A DNA stretch of 64,000 nt from Parasitella parasitica NRRL 2501 (Eukaryota; Fungi; Mucoromycota): assembly GCA_025201805.1 (NCBI GenBank), contig MU619239.1, positions 335,010 through 399,009 of the forward strand. The letters are read 5' to 3'. This document shows positions 55,450 through 64,000 of this stretch, piece after piece. The notes below the pieces were generated by a model. It had not been told where the DNA came from, made no database searches, and saw only the letters and a program-made list of their open reading frames with translations. The first letter of the stretch is position 1. Every line of letters begins with the position of its first letter. The translations under genes and the position numbers were made by a program.

Positions 55450-58400
55450 AAAAACAGGGAACAACTCTAGCAGATGCCTTATTTATATATGTCCAAATAA
55501 TTCTTTGATCTGTACATTACATTGAACTCTTGCTATCATTACTACAAGCAGGTGCACTCTCAAATCATTCATCTGGCGTCATACAGACCAAACCTCGAAC
55601 ACTTTGATCCCAATGCCTGCGCCATTTCCGGATTTGCGTAGCCATCAGATTTTCAACCTTCAGATCAAGTAAGCCAATGGATGCCCTGGAATTTTTTATT
55701 AAGCAATGTCAATATTGAATTATGGTCTTTGACAAACTGCGCCCCTGTAAAACTATTTACCGTTCATCTGACTGATTTTAATACAGAGAGTTTGTGGAAA
55801 GTAGTAGTGTGAGACAAAGTCTATTATGATAAAAAGTTTGTCCAAAGTGTCAAATGTAAAAGCCAACAACAATTGTAGTACATATTTTCTGATTATTGAT
55901 GTTTTTGTGGGAATGCATGTGTAGATATATTATACTTGTCTGAAAAAAAAATAAAAAAAAAATAAGCATGGCTTGCAAATTAGCACCTTTAAAAACAGGG
56001 CTGATATGAATGACTACCATGCTGAGCAATTATACTATTATTTTGCTTGGCTTCTTCCAAACCCCCCATTCGACTCCGTCGTAACAGTATTCCATTAACG
56101 TAACATGTCAAGTGTGTTTTTCAGAAACGCAGAGTCTTTATATTATTAACCGCTGCTCATCCATAAATTGATCTGCATACACTATCGCGTTTATTCTATT
56201 TTGTCCAGATGGATACGTCATTGACATACTCTTGATATATTATTAATAGATTGCTCAGTATTTAATACAATGTTGAATACTTTTTCTGTTTTCTATTGCA
56301 TCAGCCGTAAAATCAATAGCAGCATACTAGCATTTATTGTCCTTTGATCTTTAAATGAGCAAAAACAAGAAGAAGCCTGAGTTGATCTGGAATCTGATAA
56401 CACGAATTACAATGTATAATCTTTCCTGTGTTACCCACCTTTAGTTTCCTATGCACTCGTTTGTTTCTCTCGTTATAAAATAAATAAATAAAAATGTGGG
56501 CAAAAAAAATCGTGGATTGCTTCTTTATCAAAAGTTAAAAAAAAATGCATTTAAAATTCTACAAAGAAATGGAAAAACAACTCCCCTTGCTTGATCTGTA
56601 GGTCATCTAAAGAAACACCAAGAGCTTTAAGCATTGAAGCGGTACATTTTATTATTAAACATGATAAAAAGTTAAAATTGCCGAATATCGTTGCAGCCAA
56701 ATGCTTTATCTTTATGTTAAATAAAACATTGCTCACCTTGTAAATGGAACTACAAATGTCAATTTGAATTTTTGGTCACTGTTATTAAAATCGGCTTTTG
56801 TGCACCAGAAGAAACACTGATCCAGTACACATCTGGTGTGTCCAACTCAAAGACATTTGAAAGCGACTATAGATGTTGTAAGTTTGTCTGAAAAAAACGA
56901 CAGATAGTTTCTAAAATCCAACTTTTAATTAGACTCAAATCTAAAACTCGAGTCAAACTCATTTGAAAACCATTGAAATACTGCAACGATAACCTGAACC
57001 AAGATTTTCACAACAATTTAGAGGCATTGTTGATGCCAGTTGTATATTTGAATACTAATCATGTTTTGCGTTATTAACGTACTGTTACACTAAAAATGGG
57101 TAATATCTAGCACAAAATACATATCTTAAAAGATAAGTTTGTACGTTACGTAAAAACCGACAGTCTTAATACAAACCTCTATGAGTATGTCGTATTATAC
57201 ATATTTCATATAGCTCTCCTAAATTACTAACTAAATATATATTAGAGACTACTGCAGCCATAATCAAATATAGTCTGAATATCTCCTAATTTGATGGCTT
57301 TCGCTATTCAAGACGTCATTATCATTCCTGAAAGATCAAGGAACTTGCCAATTAGCTGTCGCCCGCTGCGCACTCATCACTACATTTCATTCGTTTCCAT
57401 AACGATGACTACATTTACAAATCTGAAAACAGTGGTGTGCATTTTACTGTGCTGCATATGTAAATATAATATAATACTTATTAGTCAAATTGTTGAGAAA
57501 ACAGCAGTAGAAAACTTGCCACACATTGACAAGTTTTCAAATTCATCGTCTCGATATCAATAATTATCGCAACGAGGTTGTAGCACACGTTATCAGTAAA
57601 TTCATATCGTAACATCCCCTTTTTATATTCATGTATTTCGCTGTTTATGGTGATACGCATCACGCGAGAGAATAAATAATAATATATATGTTTTATGGGT
57701 TGCATAACAACACACAAACACAATACAGTTCCCCACAAATAAACAGTGACAATCATGTCCATGTAAGGCTAACTAGCAATAATTTGCATGTATAAATATA
57801 TATATATATATAAAGTATTACGGGTCAGTAGACGATGATTAAGCTCTTGTGTGAGCTCATGTGTTTGATCTGATAAATATGAAACTGAGAGAGCATTTTA
57901 AGACATGTTTTCAGTTTGTTTTATCAATTCATTTGTAAAATCACTATTCATTTGTTTTCGTATTTTGCGTTTCACATTGATAGACTTAATTCTCCAACAA
58001 GTAACACAGATAAATCAAATTTGATATTAAAACAATAACAGATATAATAGTAATTTTAAATATAGTGTGTATTCAATGTGAGTCATTAAAGGTTATCATC
58101 AAGAAATAGCAAAAAAAGGGGGCGAATCACTAAGGGGGAGGGAGGAGAGGGGAAGGGGAGGGAAAGGCAAGGAAATTTTGAATGAAAATGCTCAGGGAAT
58201 CGTGGCAGGGAGACAACATAAAGCACAAATGTGATGATGTATGCCATGGAATCGATTTTAATAAAGGAGAAGGTGTTACAATAATCAATGTCATTTCATT
58301 AGCAATATTAAATGAGCATGGATATTTCTTTACTTGTCCATGGCATTTAGACAATTGCAGACTTGGGTCCAAAGCGTAGGATCATTCTTCCGTAAAATAT

Positions 58401-58620
58401 ATGCAAAGTATGCAATCTTTTGATTCCACGGAAGTACCCACATTAATATAAAACTAAGTGGTTCAGGATATATATGGCAAAAATAAGTCAGATGTATAAC
58501 AATTTCTTCTTTCTCCCTTTTGCTTGCTTGCCTAGGTACCTGCTGCTAAAATGGCTTTTTTCGTCGAACAAGAAGCTTATCCAAAAATAAGGGGGGGGGG
58601 GTGTGCTCGCAAAAAAAAAG

Positions 58621-58628
58621 TATAAATA
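58621..58628 (+). promoter_or_regulatory. TATA box of the small CCHC gene
   Basis: TATAAATA 75 nt upstream of ATG 58696, followed by a pyrimidine-rich leader. Confidence 0.55.
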
Positions 58629-58695
58629 CCCGCATTATTTTCTCAATTTTTGCTTTGCTTTTCTTTTCCTTCTTTATATTATAAATCACAAGAAA

Positions 58696-58966
58696 ATGCT
58701 CTCTACTCCTTTGATTTGTCCTGCTACCTGTGAATTGTGTGGCCAATGGATGCCTAAGCATAATGTAAGCGATTCTTTTCTACTGGTAGCACTGAAACTA
58801 ATAAGCATAATAGAGTGATTGCCCTAGAAATGGGATTCACCCCTCTCAATGGACCATGGACAATGCAGATCCACTGAACTGGCAAGAATACAACGACGCC
58901 TTTCAAGAGACACCCTTATGGTCACACACAAATGCTTTCCCTGCAATCGAAAACGAAAAAGACTGA
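58696..58966 (+). CDS. 73-aa microprotein with C-x2-C-x6-H-x3-C motif; exons 58696-58764 and 58814-58966
   Basis: MLSTPLICPATCELCGQWMPKHN|SDCPRNGIHPSQWTMDNADPLNWQEYNDAFQETPLWSHTNAFPAIENEKD*. Canonical 49-nt intron GTAAGC...CTAAT...TAG; A-rich start context. Confidence 0.72.
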
Positions 58967-59190
58967 ACCTGAAGAAAAGAGCGAATATTATACCCGATAA
59001 ATTACAGAGACTTAAGCACAAACAAAAACACACGCACATAGATATACATACACACACGCATTCATGAAACAAACACATCGCTAGCATTTTACAATGTATT
59101 ACAACAACAAATTACCACTATTATATCCCTATTATTATATGCATTTCTATTAATTCAATAAAGTATCCCCTCCACTTTTTATCATCATTG

Positions 59191-61568
59191 CTACATGTAG
59201 TTGACGGCATGTTGGCTTTTAAATATTTCGTTTCGCATAATAGCATCCAGATCACTTAGTGCTACTCTGGCTTGATACCTTGTGAGCTCGTCAGGGTCGG
59301 TTTCCTCGGTGTACCTTAATGTGCGATACGTTCTTCTAAGACTTTCTGCTGGATATTCGTACAATGCCTGAGATGCCAGACCTCTGAAAAGAGACAAGAT
59401 CAAAACAGTGGCAGCTGATGCGTGTGTTAGATAAACTGCAGCATGTTGTGACCCTCTTGGAAATTACCTCGTCTCACTTGTGCTGCTTTCTCAATTTCTA
59501 GTATGTTCAAAACCCAATCTATCAATTCACTCATTTGCGATGACAGAGCAACAGGGCATGTCTGACATGCCATGCTCAATAAGGATAGGGCTGACACACG
59601 AAGATTGCTGTCTTCATCTCTTCTGGCTAGCACTGTTTCAAGAGGTCTGACCAGTGTAGTAACTTGCAAAAAAAAAAAGAAAAAAAAAAACAGTGAGTGT
59701 GTGCTAGTCTCAATACAAACAGGGGCTTACCGTATTTCCCCAACGCATCTCCACATCGTTGGATTGTCTGCAATAGAGCCTCGCCGATACGAAGTCTGTT
59801 ATCTAGTTTTTGTCCGTTATCGCTGTAAATATCGCCCAGTTTCTGAATGATCTGATTTCCATACGCATCAGTCATGGCGGACAGGCCTTTGACCGCATTT
59901 AAATAGATGTAACTGTCTTCGTCTTGCACTAATCTCACGAAAATGTCCAGTAGCTGGTCAAGGCCCTCCCCAGAAGAAACCAGAGGGTCTTTGGCCAGCG
60001 CCATTTCCTTCAACATGCCCATGCCATGCGCACGAATAGGCAGCAAATCATCCTGCAGCGATTTCATAGCATCTCGGTACTTTTCTTTGCTTGCTTCCAA
60101 AGATGTACCTGGTGTTTGTTTCACACCCGACATTTTTTGTGCAGACAGGTATGATGTAATTGCTAATAGAACCTCGTTGACAGATTCCTGCACAAGCTGG
60201 AACGGATATTTTTCCAGCTGTTTTAATGGCTCCACAGACGCTTTCAGCAGCTGGGTAGCTTGATTGCCCAGTTGCTCGTTTTCATGCAGGACTGCACGTA
60301 TCAGGTTGACGGCCAGCACGAGCGACTCAAAGTCGTCTTCAGCAGAGAATTGGTCGTCATGGGCAGCGTCTTGGATGTCCTGCAGCTCTTGCTGATCTAC
60401 AATATGTGCAATGTCAGGGAATTTGCTTGTCGGCTTGCTCGTCTTTTCTTTGCTTCTAAAGAGTCTCTCCACATGATCCTGTACAATGTTGTTTGCAAAC
60501 GAGATGATTTGTGTTGGCTTCCCCAGAATAGTGGGTCCCAATGTATCCAGCATGCCCATAATGAGATGTAGTGTTAATAAGATGCTACAAACAAAACACT
60601 TGTTAGTTTTACGCCCAAATAGACACAAAAAAAAACTCAATATTTACATTTTGGGATCCTGTTTTCTCGCTTGCAGGGATGAATACTCGTTTAGCAAATA
60701 CACGAAAAAATCGCCACACAAATCAGCATTGTCACTCGACTGCAAGAATTCAACCAGAACTCCTGCGTCGATGGGCAATTCGTTACCAGCGAGTAGCTTT
60801 TGCGATCTAACACGTAGGCTTTGTTTAAAAAAAGAAAAAGACCACCCACCCCCCACCCCCACCCCCCAAAAAATGCTACACAAACATATTCACCTTCTCA
60901 GTCGTAGTACAACGCCACCTGAAGGCCCTGGAGCAAAATATGCCACACGGGCGCCACTTAAATCAACCTTGTCCAACAAGATGTGTTTTAGTTCGCGGAT
61001 CGCATCCGATGTCGTAGAGATCCGAAAGTAGGTAGACAACAGATCCTGCACAGTCTCTCTCAGCCCTGATTTGGAATGAACTGTGAACTCATACAGGTGG
61101 TATAGAGGCGCAATCGACGAGGATAAAAATGTTTGAATGACATCTGGTGATGGCTCCCCTCCAATCATGACGCGATGGAGCGTACACAGCAGCGATGTTA
61201 GTGCATCTTCCGGCAACGAGACCCGATCCATATCCATATCCATACCGTCGCTACTACCCACTGTGTCGTATTCTGTGGTATGCCATACATCCAATAGTGG
61301 CCCCACAATCCTATCCACAATATAGACCTTGGCAAGATCTGCGTGTTTCCCTATAATGCGCCCAATGATATATGTTACTGCTTGACACGTGGGCGAAGAC
61401 AGAGGTTCTTTTTCAAGCAGCTGTAATAGCTGTGGAGCGATGATTGCATAATAACTCTCAATCGACGCCATTTGTTGTGGAACTGATAGTATAAGCTTGG
61501 CTATGCTCTCCAATTGCGCTAGTTGCACTATCAACAGTGAGAATAATATAAATGCCTACAATTTACAG

Positions 61569-61664
<96 letters not shown>

Positions 61665-62833
61665 GGCCTTACGTTGCTCCACATGGCCTATTGTGAATTC
61701 CAATACAATGGCAACTCCATTCGGCTTCAAGAGAATGCGGGAAAGAAATCTACCGCAGATGGTGCGAAGCCAGTTGGGCACAGGATGAAGCGGAGAGTTC
61801 CCTAAAAGTGCCATCAACGATTCCATAGCTCTGGACAGATCAGACCGATCAAATAGCCACATAAACATGCGTGCACATTTATCTCTTTCTTCTTTGTTGA
61901 GCCCTACTTGCTTTTTCGCTGGCAGCATCATATTCCCCGGCGTCATTGGCGTTGCTGATGATGGCTGCTCCCCTGAAGCGGCTGCCCGCTGCTGCTGCTG
62001 GAATGCCGATGTGGGCGCGTAAGCCAATTCTAATAACGCTGCATACAAATCTGGTAAATGGCGAGACATGAGGATCGAAGCTACGGTTGTGTAATTTTTG
62101 CTGCTTGGTACTCGTTCGCTGTGGGCAATGACATCGACTAAAGGCGTCGTCAGGCCAAGCAGGGAATATATCGTCTCTGTAGATACTGTCTGCGGTTGCT
62201 GTTCTTCGTCTTTTGAGAGCAGTTCTGCAGTAATATACGCGAATTGAGCCATTTTTTTTTTCAGTGTGTACTGGTATTGTAACATGCACACATACCATGA
62301 TTTGTGTAGCCAGATTTCACTCTTTTGGATAGAGGCACGCCTACACCAGGCAAGAAGCAAGGATAGAATCCCCAAGATATAATCACTTGTAGTAACGTAT
62401 GTATCAGCCTGAAATCTCGTACGCCCAGATAATCTTTATCGCTTTCATCCACTAGGCGCAAAAAAAAAAAAAAAAAAATGGAGATGCATGAATTTATGCT
62501 GTTCAATCAATACAAGGCCATCCATCCCCTTACCTCCTGACGCACAAACAGCCAACAAGGCGGTCTGGATTTCCAACAGGACCTTTAGACATTCATCAAC
62601 AAAGGCTTTTCGAGGCTGCTTGTCACTTGTGTCGATCTGTAATTTCGCAAGACGCTGGGCAAGAATTTCCTCAATTGACCCTAAGCATCAAAGGGCGGGT
62701 TAGCCTCGAGTTGAATGCTAAATTGCACACTGTCTTTACCATCTTCTTTAATTTCAACTTTCTCTCCTATTAACCGGTGAGCCTGTGATAAATATTCTTT
62801 CAGCTTGGCTTTATCCTGCTCATGATTTGACAT
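59191..62833 (-). CDS. RTP1: RNA polymerase II assembly/import factor Rtp1 (TANGO6 family, ARM/HEAT), multi-exon
   Basis: 'PNWLRTICGRFLSRILLKPNGV', 'YYAIIAPQLL', 'LQDDLLPIRAHG', 'QDEDSYIYLNAVKGL', 'DNRLRIGEALLQTIQRCG', 'LRVSALSLLS'. Confidence 0.88.
61571..61663 (+). repeat. About 93-nt poly-T (poly-A on the coding strand) inside an RTP1 intron
   Basis: Uninterrupted homopolymer. Confidence 0.9.
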
Positions 62834-63642
62834 TTTTTTCGTTTGAGAGAAAAAAGAAAAAAATTAAAAAAAAAATAAAAAAGGCAGAGCAGTTGACAGA
62901 AATTAGTGAAATTCCATGTAGAGGAAGAAGAAGAAGCAGTCAGCTAATCTCTGGGTCGGATGCCATAATGACAAGCCTTGCCACGACATGCCTGTCAGTC
63001 CAAATACGTTTGCTCTTAACTTGTTTTTACCTGCATCTCTTTTTCCTCTGGGTGCCATTTAGCATTTTCGTAAAGACATTTTACAATTAAATAAACATCC
63101 AAAGCGCTCGAAAAATCTGAAATATCCCTTCAAAAGTTCCACTAGGCTTATCCCCTGCAAAATTAAGCATACACCACAAATTATCTGAATTTTCGTACCT
63201 GTACAGCTTATAGCGCCAAAAATTTTATACTCAGGTCACCCTTCAAAAAATAAAAAAAAAGCCTTGCACCTACTCATGGATTTTTGTCAAATTTCTGCCA
63301 TGTTGGATTAATCGACGAAAAATAGAGCTAGAAAGATGAAAAAACACGGAAAATGGAGCTGGAGCCCTTCTCTATTTAAGGTTACCGTTTTTGGCATTGT
63401 TTGACAACCCAAAAGAGGATTTCATTTAGAAAAACTGATTTTCAATTTTTTGGTTTTAGCGGGAGATTTTTGGTGAAAGTTTTCTTGGATTTTTATATCG
63501 TTAGACGCGTCGTTTAATTTTACATTCAAAACCTTAACCATGCAAACCACACTTACTATATGATCTGTTGAGAAACAGTTGATAATCTGTTTTTTGACAT
63601 TTTTTTTCTAGGCTCCGTATACAAGGTTGGGGTCTCATCCGA

Positions 63643-63693
63643 CTAGATTTTTTTTTTGGTTTCGGAGAGCTACGCTCTCCGAAACCAAAAAAA
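63643..63693 (-). mobile_element. Probable Helitron-type 3' terminus: perfect 20-bp-stem hairpin followed by CTAG|T
   Basis: Arms 63651-63670 (tttttttggtttcggagagc) and 63674-63693 are perfect reverse complements with a 3-nt loop. On the minus strand CTAG then T follows directly. Confidence 0.5.
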
Positions 63694-64000
63694 CAACGCA
63701 TTAATTTGAACTATCGATTATGGTAGGCAAATGCATCATATGTAACCAGCTTTCGAGAGCTATTATGATATAATGGTCTTATTATTTTAATATATACACT
63801 TAAAAAGATTTGTAGCTGTAAAATTTATTTTGATCTGATCTATGTAAAGTCATTACACAACTTTTAATTCATCCAGGTACGCACAGTTTATTTGCTGATT
63901 ATAGTGTATTTATTCTAAGATATTATAACCATATACACTAAAAAGTTAATTTGGTATCTCAGCATTGTTGAAGAATTTACATTTTTGACGGTTTTGCTTT

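Noticed and set aside
61497-61805. Poly-Phe ORFs, and the poly-Lys ending of the 270-aa ORF
   Set aside because: Translation of the intronic homopolymer.

Overview
Eukaryotic, intron-rich, AT-rich fungal DNA. The gene set, the roughly 50-70 nt introns and the protein style point to a Mucorales (Mucoraceae-like) draft assembly, with three N gaps. I can assemble about 23 protein-coding genes. Named orthologs: NTM1/TAE1, LAMMER kinase, RTF2, NST1, TAN1, DBP2, ATP23, YOP1, SMCR8, TACO1, IRE1 and RTP1/TANGO6. Family-level calls: a stand-alone FetA/STAR1-like ABC ATPase, a coiled-coil protein, a Zn2Cys6 factor, a full ABCB/MDR transporter, a Yap-like bZIP, a Mid2-like membrane protein, a Gin4/Hsl1/BRSK-type kinase and a ZIP transporter. 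There are also three candidate microproteins. Non-coding features are a pogo/Tigger-derived MITE, a probable Helitron-type 3' hairpin, degenerate dispersed repeats and long intronic homopolymers. The most striking observations are four. (1) DBP2 is bracketed by two 550-bp direct repeats that look identical by eye and sit inside older, diverged homology. (2) An SMCR8 ortholog retains its GAP arginine, implying an animal-like C9orf72-SMCR8 system. (3) DBP2 keeps its long autoregulatory intron, with a D-to-N change at the junction. (4) A WWE-like and a CCHC-like microprotein gene form a divergent pair. All calls are by eye with no database searches, and splice junctions are inferred.
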